A DNA stretch of 61,529 nt, the filler included, from Sphacelaria rigidula (lineage: Eukaryota): assembly GCA_964200075.2 (NCBI GenBank). It is 10 parts of 10 records of this genome, joined end to end, with 100 filler letters (N's around TTAATTAATTAA, not from the genome) between each part and the next. Parts side by side here need not be neighbours in the genome. Positions count along the whole stretch, not along the records: positions 30,818 to 36,880 come from CAXNAA020022483.1; positions 36,981 to 43,043 come from CAXNAA020022484.1; positions 43,144 to 49,205 come from CAXNAA020022485.1; positions 49,306 to 55,367 come from CAXNAA020022486.1; 6 more parts are not named here. One strand, written 5' to 3'. A program made the translations under genes and the position numbers. Below the pieces are notes generated by a model. The model had not been told where the DNA came from, did not search any database, and saw only the letters and a program-made list of their open reading frames with translations. Position 1 is the first letter of the stretch, and each line of letters opens with the position of its first letter. Positions 36,377-50,728 of this stretch are shown here, one piece after another.

Positions 36377-39300
36377 AGCGTGCGCGCGCGCCTCCACTTT
36401 CTCCGCCTCCCCCAACCCCTCAGCCCGATTTCCGTTCTCGGCCCTCTGCCTCAGATCAAATCCTCTCCAAGCCCCACTCCACTCCATTACACGAAACGTG
36501 TACAGTACTTTAAATCACACCGTGTACGTCTGGCCAACATCAGCAGAGTCGCTGGCCATCATAATAAATGTACTTGTTGCATCTACTGTCCGCCCAGAGT
36601 CGTGGGGCAAGATAGATGGCGACGTATCATCGAACACAGTGTGTGCGTATTTATATATATATATTACCCATACGTCAAATATCACCCCCTCTTCCTGCCA
36701 AGTAACCCACGCTCCCCTCTACCCCCTCCGCCCAGATGGTAAGTTTTTGGCAGTTTTTGGCACCATACCAGCACGAGTACCACCAGAACTGTATTGAGGT
36801 ACGCAGTACATCACCCCCCCCCCCCCCCCCCCCGCCCCCGCGCGAACCGCCGGGCGTGTTGCCCGCCCTGGCGTATTTGCNNNNNNNNNNNNNNNNNNNN
36901 NNNNNNNNNNNNNNNNNNNNNNNNTTAATTAATTAANNNNNNNNNNNNNNNNNNNNNNNNNNNNNNNNNNNNNNNNNNNNATGTGGACATCGACTTGGGC
37001 GTCACACCTTGCCTACGAACACGGGCATACAAGACGAAATATCCAACTGCAAACTTGGGTAACACAGCCTGGCCCTGAGCAAGCTTGCGTTTGGTTTCGC
37101 GAGACACCGCGACAGCAGCTTGCACTTCATTACAAACCACACTTGCTCGACAACCACGCCTCGAACCTTGTCGCGCAACGAATCACCATCCATGACATCG
37201 ATGTTCCACTCGCCGCCAGTGACAGAAACCAGCGTGGAAGACGCTGTACGCGGCGAGCGTCCAAACATCACACAATACGGAGTGTAACGGTAGCGTTCAC
37301 GAAAATAAGTATCCAACGCCCACTGAGCGGCTGGCAAATCAACCCAACGACACCGGCTGTCTTTGTTCTAACAAAATGGACCGAAACACACGATCAACAT
37401 CTTGCACCATGCGTTCACAAGCACCTTTCAACCAAGGGTATACGCAACAGCAAATTGGTGTTGTATCTTGAGCGCGTCGCTCAGCTGCGCGATTGCTCGA
37501 TTCTTGAAATGCGTGGCGGTATCACTAACCCAAACACGCGGCACCCCCAGAGTCTTGCACCAATGGAGCAAGTGCTTAGCCGTAACCCCGACGGTGCAAG
37601 CCTCGGTCAGCTCTAACTAAACGACATTGGACAAATCATCCATGATGACCAAAACGTACCGAAAATCATCCTCATCAGGCAAACCATTAACACCTTCAGG
37701 TCCGCTACTTCCAACGTACAGAAAATCAAAGTGAACATCTTCACCTGGCGCAGTACCATGCACAGTATCGCCATACGAACGAGGGACAATCGCACCAGCA
37801 CGAGTGTCTACACAATGCAAATACTGGCGAACGAACTCGCGAGCGTGGGAATCCATGCGAGGCCACACACAGTGTTTNNNNNNNNNNATCAAGCGAGTTT
37901 GTAGAGCCTTGTCACCCGACGAAATCCACAAAACATCATTACTGCCAACACTCACGCGAAACAAACCATCGTCAGCCGAGGCAGCTTGACCGAAAGTCGT
38001 TGGAAAAGAATGAACACCGTCGCAGACTGTTTTTCGCTGCGCGGTACGAATGGCATCCAACGAGGGCAGCGAATCATCGGCATCACACGGACTGTAGACG
38101 GCAAAAGAACAAACAGGCACGATAGGAAGCTTCACCCAGCGAGACAAGAAATTTCCCCAACAATTGCGCTCTCCAGGAATGTGTTCAATGGCATACCGAT
38201 ATTGGCCAAGTACTCCTCTCCAATTTTCAAGCCGTTGTGCCATGTCCTTCGTCACCGATGTGGCACACTCTTCGGGGTTGAAAATGTATTTCAGATTTCG
38301 ATGATCGCTGAAAATGCGAACATCACCCCAACGCAAGTACTCTAGCCTTCGAAATGTATTGACTATCGCGAAACCTTCTTTGTCCATTGTCGCCCACCGC
38401 AACTGTGGACCCTTGAAGCTACCACTGAGAAACGTCAACTGTTCGTGTGACATGTTTTCGAGCGCAATGCCACTACTAAACTCTGCGACAGGCGTTTGCG
38501 TAAAAAAACTAGCCTAGTGGGAATCCGAAGCATCTGGAAACATCAGAACAACGCACCCTGAACGAGGATAATACAGCGGCACCGCTTGCGCCACCAAATC
38601 TTGCGCAGCATGCCATGCCCGCACACGATGTTTCGTCCAAGCGTCCTCCAGGATGATACGATTACGCGCCACCCGCTTGGTCCGATGCGAAGCCTCTACC
38701 ATAAGTTGTTCCAAAAACGCATGAAGCGACGCAACTACTTCGGCCATGCGCGGGAGCGAAGTCCGCAACCAATTCACCGCCTTCAGAAACTGCATCAGCT
38801 CACTAGCGGTTTGAGGGCGTCGCATATTGCTCAAACCTTGGATGCGGACGGGATCATGTGAAACAATACCCTTGGAGTGCACCTAACCGCACCAAACAAC
38901 TTCGCGGGCAAGAAAAAGGCACTTATGCGCAGCGACGAACATACCAACACTCTTCAGGCGACCAAGAATTTCGTCAAGCAAAGCTAACAATGCTTCTTCG
39001 GTTTCAGCAAAATAGGAGACGTCATCCACCCACACTTTACGCTTTAGGCCTCGCGAATTGTCAGTCAGCACACCTCGGAAATACGCCGTGGCTTTCAACA
39101 CGCCCTGTGGGACACGAGTAAGCGTAGACGAACCGTCAGGCGTGACGATCGTGAAGAACTCTCAAGCCTCCGGCGCCAGAAGCATCTGCCAATACCCCTG
39201 TAGCAGGTCCAACTTGCCGAAGCATTGGGCTCCCATCAACTCCCGCGTTGTCTTCTTAGCTTGGCATCACCCCCGGAGACTGTTCCATCTGCGCATTCAC

Positions 39301-40285
39301 CGCCTCGTAGTCGATGACCAAACAAATTTGTCCCACTTCGGCACCGCCATCGCCGGACGCGCCCACACAGCCTAAATTTTCTTAACCAACGAACCAAACG
39401 CCACCAAAGCTGCGATGCATGAGGCAAGCCAAACGGTCTTCAACGGATCGTAGCGACGAGGTATGGCCTTCTCAGCCTCTCTCATTGGCTCTACGCGTGC
39501 TGGCGGATCACCACGCAGCATACGACGAAATGTTTCCACACGACGAGCCAAAATATCACGCAGACGATATGCGCCATCGGCGCTCAGGTCCTTCTGCTCG
39601 GCCTGCTGCACGCTATCCTGTAGCGCACGTTCTGTGGCACCTCTTTCCTCCGCGTCCATAAGCATGTCGCCCCCCCGATCGATCAAGCGCTTCATCGCTG
39701 CATCCGCAGGAACCTCCTCCCCATTGGCTCTTTGGAATGACCGTATGGATACGATCACACGCCTCGTAGCAAGGTAGCTGGGGTTTTCCACGCCGGTTTG
39801 CACCGGCACAGCCCGCGGACGTAACTTATCCAACGCCAGCGGATACGAATCAATCCCAAGCTCCTTCATCGTCGCCATCCCAAACAGAACCACGTGGTCC
39901 CTGGCGGGCATGATAGCGAAAGTGATGGGCTGCAACTCCACAGCCCTCCATGGCGTACGCACGCTAACAGCAATCGGTATCGTTTCATGTATAACCGTCA
40001 CGGGAGTACCCGTGGCGGTCTGTGCCGTTTGCGGTCCATTTTCGAACGGAATCTGCAGCTGAGCGCCGCGGAACTGCGAAGACATTATTCCAGCAACCCC
40101 GCACCGATCGACGTGAGCGCGGACCCAGAATCCATAATAAGGCGGGCCATGAACGAACCTCCGGAACGAGGCAAGGAAAGATCTGCGCGTAAGCATTCTG
40201 CGTTGCGATCGACAGTCACCACACCTGCCGAAGAACCCTGATCAGTACCAAGAGTAACCTGACGCCAGGGCTGCGCTCCAGTACT

Positions 40286-40673
40286 TCTTTTTTTTCCTCA
40301 CACTTTGAACCCCTCCCCATCCTCAGCATGAGTCCGTGGTCTCAAGGGATCAACCCATCTCTCCCCCGGTACGTGCCTGCTCCGTCTCGAAAGGGATGCA
40401 TGGTCAATGTCAAATGACTAAGGCAAGCAACAAATGAGTACGCCCCCCCGGTACGTGCCTTTCATTTTCGTCTCGAGGATTGGGTCAGCACTTCCGCTCC
40501 GCGTCAACTCACGTCACGCAACCCCAGTCGACTACTTTGTTTACTCAAGTTCTCACGCTTTCCACGGTGGAAATCATGCATTACGAAGAAAACCCCGACG
40601 CATCGAGAATCGAACCCCCGTTCTCTCCACCGTAATGGCGACAGTCAGACCATTACGCCACCGGGGCGCGGCG
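40286..40673 (-). mobile_element. SINE family B inserted in the Gypsy gag-protease linker
   Basis: tRNA-like head at the 40673 end, T-run (A tail) at the 40286 end, TSD AGTACT (40280-40285, 40674-40679). Confidence 0.88.
40379..40444 (+). mobile_element. F1 mini-retroelement nested inside SINE B
   Basis: Flanked by 16-bp TSD CCCCCGGTACGTGCCT (40363-40378, 40445-40460); other SINE B copies carry the site once. Confidence 0.9.
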
Positions 40674-43600
40674 AGTACTGGGCATCGATAATTGAGAATC
40701 GGCGGTCCACCCGGATCACGTCGCCGAGTATGCAGACGGCGTTGTTACAGCCGTCGCAGCAGTAGGAGATGCACCAGACACGGATCCTGCCTGGCCGAGG
40801 AGTTGCAAACTATTCGCTCCAGCACTCCCCATCGAAGTATTTGCACCTCCCACGTACACTGTCCGCCCCGACACGGACGAACCTGAAGATCCAAAGTCAT
40901 CACCTGATGACGTGGTGGAAGAAACAGCAGCGGAGGAATCACCATCCGCCGCCGATTGCTTACTACCGCGGCCGCCGCGCCCGCGTCCATGGTTGGCACG
41001 GCCCCGTCTACCGTGACGACCGCCTCGAGATCTTTTATGAATCTCGCGCATTGCCCTGAGCAGCGCCTTGAGCGCGAGGCTTGGGGCAGTCCTTGATCGG
41101 GTATCTGTTGTCGCCGCAGTTGTAACGCGCGAGTGGACGACGCTCGCGAAAACGGCTGCACTTTCTGTTCGTGTTGTTGTTTGCGGCGTGCACCACCTGC
41201 ACTTGCCGCAGAATCGCGCCGGACATGCGCCTCAATGACCTTCACTGGTTGGCGGCATCAAATATTTTGTTGAACAGCACTGTTAGATCATTTTTCCAGC
41301 CGTCTACATACGTTAGTACGCTTCTAACATACGCCTTGCATCCCGGAGGCGAAGTCCCGCCTACCAAAGCTGCGGAAACCGACTCGGCCAGGCCTGGCAA
41401 CCAGCTCCTGTCTTCCGCACGGTACATGGCTCGATCTTTGACGGATGTTCCACCGCTGTGCTGCATAGTAAGAACTTTACGCAGGTCTGCTACGGCCCGC
41501 GCAGTGTCATGCTTGCCGCCGGTTGTGATGTACCCTGCATGCTGCTTCACAGCATCTAGCAATTCGTCGGGAGTCATAGCCCGACGGTCCTTGTACATGC
41601 CTTCAAAGCACCGGTGTATGTACGTAGAGATGGGATGACCTATGCTTACCCTAGCATGCCTAACAACTCCTTGAGCATTTGCAAGGTACAACCTTTCTAT
41701 GGAGTCGAGATATGCTACGTAGAAAACTCTTGATGCTTTCTCGGTCCATACCTCGCCGTACTTCGGCAGGTCTAGCGGCTTACGTACCACCAGCGGCGCT
41801 GCCGCCGCTTGAGCCATGTCGTGTACGATTCAGACACTTCACGGAGAGACTCTTGTCTAACTTGTGCGTCCTCCAGCGCACGGAGCGTGTGCTTCAAGTT
41901 GTCTCCTCCCGTCTCGGGGCCAAACTGCTTCCAGCTGCGGCCCCTTCGCCTCAGCCCAACTCCTCCAACAGTGCCGGGAAGACTATCTAGATATTGTAGC
42001 CTCTGCCAGACGATCTGGACGAGAGGACTTTCAACGAGGGATTCCTCCAGTATCACTGGCCTCGTGCTCGACATGTCCTTCCTTCTAACTTGTTATTATC
42101 ACAGAGTGATCCTCAACAGATCACAAGCCAGACAGAAAAGGGCCATCAATTCAGTATCCCCTGTCCCCTGCCACTGCTTCAATCATACATGCGATTATAC
42201 TGAAACCCTACGGCTTGGTATCATTTGGCTACAGCACGAAAGAGCCAGGGAGCCTTGTGACGGTTTCCCTTATATCTGTTGTAGAAACGCTCAGAGATCA
42301 CCCTCAAACTTAGCAGTTTCGTAGGGATTGATGCTCCAAATGGAAAAGTTGTATTTTTGGCAAGATATCGAAGTTTCTCCGTTCTCTCCCGGCATCTCGG
42401 GGTCCCACTATAGAGACCCGGAAGGCGGTACAGAATGCCTCAAAAGAAGAAAGAATAATATGATGCGTCGTGGGGTAGCCCAAGGGACACATGTACAAAG
42501 TGTAGAAGAGAAACTCGAAAATCTCATACAGTTTTTCATGCCTTGACGTATAATTCACCCAAAAATGGCGTCTGATACTCGAACGAAGTAGTCAGGAATT
42601 CGCACGTTTCAAGCTCACCTCCTCGCACAAAAGCGCCAACCTTCGCGCAGTTTTCAGTAGTGAGATTCTGAAACTTCGCACATATGTTCTAAGGGCTATT
42701 ACGCAAGTTTCTGTGGACGAGTTGTTTCTACTTCCTGATTTTTTACCGTTTTTCGGGGTTCGACGGGAGTCGAGTCGTTTCTTCGAAGTAATCTCCATTC
42801 TGGAACCCCGGAAAACCGGCATTACGATACTTTTTTTCAATCTCTTTGCAAAGACCTGTCGCCGCATATCCCAAAGATGGACCCTACAAAGTTTCGTGGC
42901 CGAACTCGGTTAGCGGATGCTTGAAATTTCATGTTCACGTCAAAGAAGGCCCAAAACGCCATTTTCATACTAAAATCTATAGGGTTGGGTCCTGGACCAG
43001 TATCTACTGCCAGTATTCCTGTACTGGCAGTACTACTTGTACTNNNNNNNNNNNNNNNNNNNNNNNNNNNNNNNNNNNNNNNNNNNNTTAATTAATTAAN
43101 NNNNNNNNNNNNNNNNNNNNNNNNNNNNNNNNNNNNNNNNNNNCCAGAATAAATGGGACGACAACACACAACACATATACACCCAATTTCGTGAAGCTTT
43201 GTTCAGATGACATCATCAAATGGATGAAAATAAATGAACGTTTTCCCCGTTATCAAGGACTCTTGGTCTCGAACTTGGGTTCACATCACACTTCGCACAC
43301 TTTGAACGATTCTTCGGTCGTCATTTACGACGACTCCTATGACTGAATTCGAAAAATGACGACTCAGAGTCGGACCCTAAGAATAAGTTCGAAATATGAC
43401 GACGACTGAATCTTCGCTACGACTTCCACCACGCAAAGTCGTGGTTGCTGTTGATGTGAATTTTTGACTGACGCACTCGATCTTGAGTTTCAACAACAAC
43501 AACAGGTGACCATGCTCATCACAGCACGAACTTGGATTCTTCGTGTTGAAACCCCCAAGCAGGAAGCAGAACCCCGACGAATGTCGGACGTAGTAGCGGA

Positions 43601-44279
43601 AGCACCAGCTCCGGCCATCCTGCAAAAGCGAGCGCGTCAATGGCCCTGGTTGCGGTTGGTGTACCGGAATCTGCGGCCGACGCGGCCGTTGTGCTCATCC
43701 ACAGGTATGGGGCAAACCGTGCAAACCGTACGTCATTGGAAAAAAATTGTCTAGTATGCGCTATCATCGTCTGAGATAACATAACAAAAAACACACGTAC
43801 AACATGGGAAACGTGAGAGTATCTTATTATTATGCTGGCTTTACTGACGAGCTGTCTCACCTCGTATGCACCCGGTGCTGGTGTTGCTGGTGCTGGTGTT
43901 AGTGATGATGGTAATGGTGGTGGTGCTTACCTTCATTTGTCGTGTGTGTACACGTTGATATTCCCGTCATACAGCAAGAACATTTTATGACCATGTGATT
44001 CGCCCTTTGTATTTCCTTACTTTCGTTCCTTTGTCACAGCTTTTCGAAAAAGCGATTTGTGGGGTGAAACAACACTGTTCGTGATTGATGGATTAATCGA
44101 CGTCGATCGCCGCGGAGGTCTTGTTTTTTTCTGTGCAACATTCTGGGCCAAAATTTTCCTGAAAATACCCCGAAATGTGTTATTTTACCCCCGATTGGGA
44201 AACATTTGTCCCGACTATTCGCGAGACAAATCAATAGCCCCCCGTTGACAAACGCCCTTGTTCGTATGCCATGATATTA

Positions 44280-45329
44280 TTATATATTCACCACATAATT
44301 CGCACGTTGCACTATTCTGTTTTTATACGGATGGGATATAACGGTCCAGAACTGAGTGAGATGATCCCAATGGTTTTGGGGGGGTATACGCAATGACCAG
44401 AGTTCAAAAAGGAGATCACTACGGGTAATCAATGATGGCGGGGGTCTAGGTCCGTTTGTCGTCGTCGGGTTGTTATGCATGGCTTTAATCCCAATTACCT
44501 TGCACGGTGAGGACAAAACATCATGATCTAGAATGGTCCCTATAATCGTATCAGTCAAGAAGACGTGTAGCGTTCGTCCTGCAGCATATGCCGTGTAGCC
44601 GTGTATCATGTACCGCACATATCGATCCACGTGCTCTTGAATTTTCTCGACACTTCCTCGCATCCCAACAGGGGCGTAAAGTACACGAGAAGAAAACTCA
44701 CGAAGCTGAAGCGGGGAGTAAGCAGGAGGCTCACTCAACTGGTCTACGGAACGGAAGAGGTACCCCATCGAGACCTGACTCTCGTCATCAATGGAGCGAG
44801 TGGCTGCGGTCAGTTCAGCGCATTCCTCAAGATCCAAGACGACCCTTCCTACCACGAAATCAGCGCCTATCAACTGCGGGGCATTTCCAAGCTCGTTTCG
44901 GGAAACCTTGGCTTTCGAGTGAGGGACATGGGGGGGTTCACGGACGGAGCGAGGACTCCTCTCTATCTCAACCTGAGCCTCGACTACGTCTTCGCCATCC
45001 TTGTGCAGTATTGGGAATATGAGCGTTTCTCCGAGTACAACAGGGCCGGTTCAAGCGTTACGATCGTCAAGGTATGCGTGCATGATGTACTCAAGAGTCA
45101 CGGCATTTAGAAAATCGTTGGTGGAAATGTTTGTCGTTCGAGTGGGGGTATTAACCTGTTCGTGCACATCAGAGCGGCCGGCCACCTCAATGTTTTCGCA
45201 GATGAATGAGGTCGATTTTTTCCTCGGACAGGAGTCTGTGGTGTCAAACTGAAGACTGGAACGTCCGGCCGATTCAGTCTGGAGCAGGCAGTGAAGCCCG
45301 TTATTGTGGGGACAAAATCTTGTGTCCAC
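44280..45329. pseudogene. Intronless coding-like region of unknown origin; coding strand unresolved
   Basis: Minus frame open for ~350 codons with one stop (45051-45053); overlapping plus frame 44601-45110 has C-ending codon bias and LVINGASGCGQ; no TE motif recognised. Confidence 0.35.
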
Positions 45330-47075
45330 CTTTCCAACCGAACGAATCCATCGTCGAAGTTACAAAAAGCCGCCTATTCCCGAAATCATATTTCCAGGAT
45401 CAATGCAAGTACTGATGGATTCCTGGAAGTTCGCTGGGCTGGTCTGGTTGGAAAGCTAAACACGTGATTTTGTCCCGACGGGTAAGAATTGAACAATATT
45501 ATAGTCCGGATACATTGAACGATGTGTCTTACATGTAAAATGCGGGGGGGAAGATGGCACGGCTTTTCGATCTGAAAATAACAGCAGATCCTAGACCCAC
45601 GAAAAGTTCTGTCGTGCCCAATACACCCAGAGCTGATGATCCTCCCATCATGATGGGATCTACATACACATCTCGCCACGTACGGTCGTGATGTTGGATG
45701 GTTATTCGTAAATTTTTGCATTTGCAAGAGCTGGCACGAAACAGTGCAGGTTAACGTCGTCGAATAAATCCAGAATTGACTAGCCTGCGACTATCAGCTG
45801 TATCCACAAGCATTCCGTCATTTACTGTGGAACGGAAAAATCAACCTCAGTGTAGCGACCAAATTTCGCTTCGATCTAATGTGTACCGAACGAGCACATG
45901 CCACCTCTATTCGGTTCCCACATTTTCCCCTCTGACACGTCCCGTTCCTCCTCGTATAGTTCGTGGCAGGGGGTGGGGGGGGGAAGACGAAGAGGTACTC
46001 CGCCATCTATTGTATTGCTGCTAGTGCTACAGACAGCATCCTTTTATTTTCTGAATATTGGACACTACCTACTCACATCAAAGCTTCTCCCTCCTTCTTC
46101 GACTGCCGTAAGGGTCCACGAACTCGATCCGCTCACATACACTTCCCTGATTATTTCACCGCGTTCTTGCATATGTACACAGGTTCGCTCCAGATTCAAC
46201 CGCAGCACAGTGCTCCGCCTTACTTGGGACAACGAAGGGAATATGGACGCCAGCCGAGCGGAGGTAAGGCTCGTTCGTGGCAATCAAATGCGCACACGCA
46301 GTATTGGGGTGGCAGGGCAAGATCCTCATGAATCAGAAAGAAGTACTCAATCACATGGTCGCCCAAAAAAGTAGGGGAGGTGACGTACGACAAGGAGCCG
46401 GTGGTCCAGGGTCTGAAAATTCCAGCCCCATCAAAGAAACACGCTGGAGGAGTAGTATGGATGGCGGTACTTTCTGCCACGTACCTCGAGCATTTTCCCG
46501 CATCATCAGGGTATCGTTTTGTATAGCATTCGTGTGTGACTCTTAACAGAGGCGGTCCATCTCTCCCTCCGTTAAAATCCCAATAAGTTCTTTCAGACAT
46601 TGCCGCGTCCGTTGGCTGGCCCGAGTGGCTGATCAGTTGATTTGATGACTGTCACTGATCCGCTACGAATCCCGGCGTGTAAATTCACAAGACGCACGTA
46701 CCGCAGGGCAGTAGGTCGCAAAAACAATCCTGCTGAAGGAGAAGTCGCGAGCAGGGACAAGAGTTGAAAATATGAACAAACGGAGGGACCAAAGCGAGGA
46801 AAACTGACACCCACCAGGCTAAGAGCCATGATACCGATTCGAAGAACAGTCCTGACAGCCGCATGCCGGGAGAGCAGACCGGAAGAAGTTATTGGAACCC
46901 AGCTACCTGAAGACCGCACTGCTGGGCAGGTATTCGCAGCCGCTAACTCTACAGAACGAAGATGTACACCGATAATGCTACCGTACGCTCCGAGCAACAA
47001 GGAAATGGGACAAATGGGGCTCAAAAATGATCACAGGCCAATTACCGCGCGCAGATATCGGAACATTTGTTTAAG

Positions 47076-47185
47076 CACGAGTGGCCACTGGGGTGTCTGC
47101 AACCTCAAATGTAGACGTTGCAGACGTTGCACAAGGTCTGTAACTTCCAAATTTGAGGTTGCAGACACCCCAGTGGCCACCCGTG
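47076..47185. mobile_element. Short hairpin MITE with CAC..GTG ends
   Basis: 30-bp perfect inverted repeat GTGGCCACTGGGGTGTCTGCAACCTCAAAT; possible 2-bp TSD AG. Confidence 0.7.
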
Positions 47186-50100
47186 AGGTGAATGCAACAA
47201 CAACAATAACAACAACAAGCTAATTACTATATAACCACAGGAGTGAAGACAGCATATTATATATCATTCTCCCTCCCCCGTGCACTTGTTGACCCTTCTT
47301 TCTCTTTGCGTTGAATACTTCGTGAATTTGTTCAGGTGTTCACCGAGAGGGAGTGGAAGAGCTGTCCGTACCGCAAAGGACGGAAGGACGACCTGGACGG
47401 CTTTTCCGATATTGATATCCTGCAACTCCACCCGGGGCGAAGTCTTCTTTTCCTCTAAACAGTGACGACAAAAGTGACATATACGAACACGAGCCTATTT
47501 CCAACGATACGAGTCGATAAATTTATTTCGCGTATCTATGACAAACAGGGGACATATTGTGTTCGCGGATGTACGACGAAGTAGTCGGGATGTATTTTTC
47601 ACGCTGTATCCTGATGCAGTATCTTCTACTACTCTTTTGGTTATGCAGACGCCACAAAAGCCACTCAAGCACGAAGTCAGCGCTTACCGAGAGACTCAGT
47701 GACTATTGTGACACCCTGGTAAAAGTTAATTCCCCTGGTGTCTGCCGAAGCTGCCAAGTCAATAGTTCAAACTCCCGTTTCACGCCAGGGATCTTATTAT
47801 CATCCCCGCGTGGTGGTCATACTGGGGGTCAATTCTCTGACAAGTTATGCGTGCGTGCGGGGGAGAGGTCTGCTTTTCTACTCTGCAGGCAAAATCGAAC
47901 CGTCAGGGAACTTTAGGCGTGAGTGTTTTGGTCGGGAGAATGCTTGACGCGGTGTCCAGCATCCTTTAAGTGATATTGGCCATTTGTAGCCGCCCCGCGG
48001 AATGTCCCGGGGATCGCCATAATAAGCATGGCGATGCGAACATTGTGTCGCCTAGCTGGTGTGACGTTATGAATGGAGTTACAGAAATCAGAGCGTGTGT
48101 TTCTGTCCGTGGGGTAGATAATATGCATGGATGTGGTCTGACGTGATGAGCAATGGCCAGCAAATGAGCCTCCATAGATGCAGTGGCTTCAGCACACGCG
48201 AATACGCGCTCGACTCATTGCACTGTGCTGCCTGTCTACAGTAGTGCTAGAAAAAGCGACCGTCCCTCCGCTTTCCTTCGCGTCTGTCTGTCGATCAGTC
48301 CAGCGACTTCATGCTGCTCTCGTGTTGTTAGCGCCAGCAGTGATGGTGGAGGTGTATGTCTGCCTAGCAGGTCCTTGTTTTCACTTTTTCTAGGCGTTTG
48401 GCGTGTGGTCGCATGCCTGTGGGCGTGGATTGCAGGGTTGAGGAGTACTTGCCCTGCGATATTGACGCTCGTGGTACTTTCGCGGGACGACCAGAGAGCC
48501 CTGGCGATCAAACATGACATTTTGGGGCGTGACGCGTCGGGGGGTAGCCATCACACACCTTTCTTCTCTTCGCATTGGAAAATATATATAGAATACCGTC
48601 GTTATTCTTTCTCCTATATTATTGTGGATATTGCGGTTGTAACTCACCCCCCGCCCCATGGAGGGTATTTTTGCATACTCTGAGGACTATATGTTGGGCG
48701 GAACGCAACACTCGAATGATGTGCCAGCCGCCGAGCAAACGGTGGACCCGGAGGTATGGCTCAGGAAGGATTCATCTGTGATAGACGGCAAAACCTTTCA
48801 TGTTTTTTTACCGCGGCCTTGAGCAGGCTTCTCCATGCTCAGAGTTGGTCCCGGGTTTTGCGTTGGGAGGAAGGCAAGGGAAGGGATATTGTTGTCTATA
48901 GTTTGGGTATTAAGGCCACGATCGTGGTCGTGCGTGCTATTTCGTCCATTAATGTATTGTTGTGTTTATATATTTTCTCGACTCATGTTCTGCATGCGGT
49001 GGTATTCTTTGTTTTTTTTGGGGTGCGCATCATTTATTTTTCTCTGGTGCTCTATTTCCACCCCTGGCTTTGAAAACACTCACGTTCATTACTCGGATTG
49101 GTTGATTAGTGACGCGGACTGTTTCGCATAAGAATCGACCACAAAGAAACCAGTTCTTCCGTTTGAAAGCTTGGGTCTGCCCCGGGATCTACACTCTGAA
49201 TCTCANNNNNNNNNNNNNNNNNNNNNNNNNNNNNNNNNNNNNNNNNNNNTTAATTAATTAANNNNNNNNNNNNNNNNNNNNNNNNNNNNNNNNNNNNNNN
49301 NNNNNGCTTTTTTTTTGGCACTCCTGGTTCTCACAAGGTTCTGTCGAAAAACGATTTATGGACGTACGGGCCCCAAGATGGGAAAAAAAACAAAAAACCA
49401 TTGGGGGGGGCGGGGGCACGCAGCCTGCTGTCTCCTAATATACCGCGGAGGCAATGGCGGATGCGGTCAGCTGCCATGTACAGAGTACAGAGATCCTTGG
49501 CATCGGGACCGCTGAGATGGCGGACATGTCGCCCCCCTCAAGCTTATCTTCAGCAGCTCTCTCTACTAGCGAAGACCCCGGTGTATCTTCTGGAGCGGCT
49601 GCTGCCCCGCTCGTCGGCAAGGCGTGAGATAATGTTGCTACTTTCGCTACAGGCTGTCGCTACCATGCGCTCGTGTGTATGCATACATATGTGTGAGCGT
49701 GGACGCCATCTGAGGCCATCGGGACAGAGCGGTCAAGGAGCAGAAGCAAATGTACAAACCTCGCAAAGCCCAACATACTTTTCGGTGTTTGTCGGTCCTT
49801 CTTGATCAATTTCTTCAACAATATGGAGCAAAACTTGAAAAAAAACATGACAATTCATGTCAGAGTAATTCTGCGATAGCCCCCTCCAAACCATTCCCAA
49901 AATCACCATAGAGCGCATGGCAGCCGGTTTTGGGTAAAGAGCCGGATGTGGATGAAAATGACACCGAGTGTGGGAGTTCAACTGCTCGGTGTGCTCGCAT
50001 TTCACTTGTATACTCCGTCCCAAGAAAAAGCAGATGAGGTATCGAACATCTTTGTCACACCGAAAAGCTTCATTTTCACCGATTAGTCACACGCCCACCG

Positions 50101-50367
50101 TACACAGCTGTGTTAAAAACATGGTAACAAAAAGAAAGCCACATGGCAGTACACCACATCGATCGGGGGAAGGGTTGCAAGGGATAACTACCGCATGTGT
50201 GTCGTGATTTTACTGTCATTAATTTCTCTTACTGTGCAGTTTTGTACCACTGTGGCCCCGGCTAGTGCGCCCACACACACCAGAAGGTGTGCAGGAGGCG
50301 TCTAGAATAATAGGTGGGACGAAAACACACACACAGGCACGCACGCACAGTTGCTAGGATCACTATA

Positions 50368-50728
50368 CAGTACCGGCCCGCTAGTAAGAAACGTGTCAGT
50401 AAGAAAATCAGCCTCAAATTTTAGACAAACTTAANNNNNNNNNNCGGCCCAGCCTCGGCATCTGCCGCAACTTAAGAAAGAGCAACCCTTCCCCGGGCGG
50501 CCCACCGTGCCCCTAGATATGTGGGGTACAGTGCAGTATATTCTCTCATTTTTCTGTTGTACTACTGTACAACACTGGCTGTTTCGCTTTATTTAAGAAA
50601 ATCATGCTCATTTTCCCAGGAAAATAAGAAAGGAGCATTCAAGAAAATGATGCTCATGCTCCCAGGAAAATAAGAAACCCAGCCTCAGGCCGATTTTTCA
50701 GTTTCTTACTACTAGCGGGCCGGTACTG
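50368..50728. mobile_element. Tc1/mariner-type MITE
   Basis: TIR CAGTACCGGCCCGCTAGTA; TA duplicated at 50366-50367 and 50729-50730. Confidence 0.88.

Larger units (their letters stand above)
36981..42315 (-). mobile_element. Ty3/Gypsy LTR retrotransposon, degenerate, 3' end cut by the contig boundary
   Basis: gag from ATG 42074 with decayed knuckle (YNCGDNRYPIKDCP); protease IMDSGSA (~40130); RT (DLLQGYWQ; KVWVDDV); RNase H (MFPDASD; KEGFAIV; FSDHRNL); integrase (HFDFLY; VIMDD; TPYCVMFGRSP); many frameshifts; possible 5' LTR 42091-42315. Confidence 0.92.
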
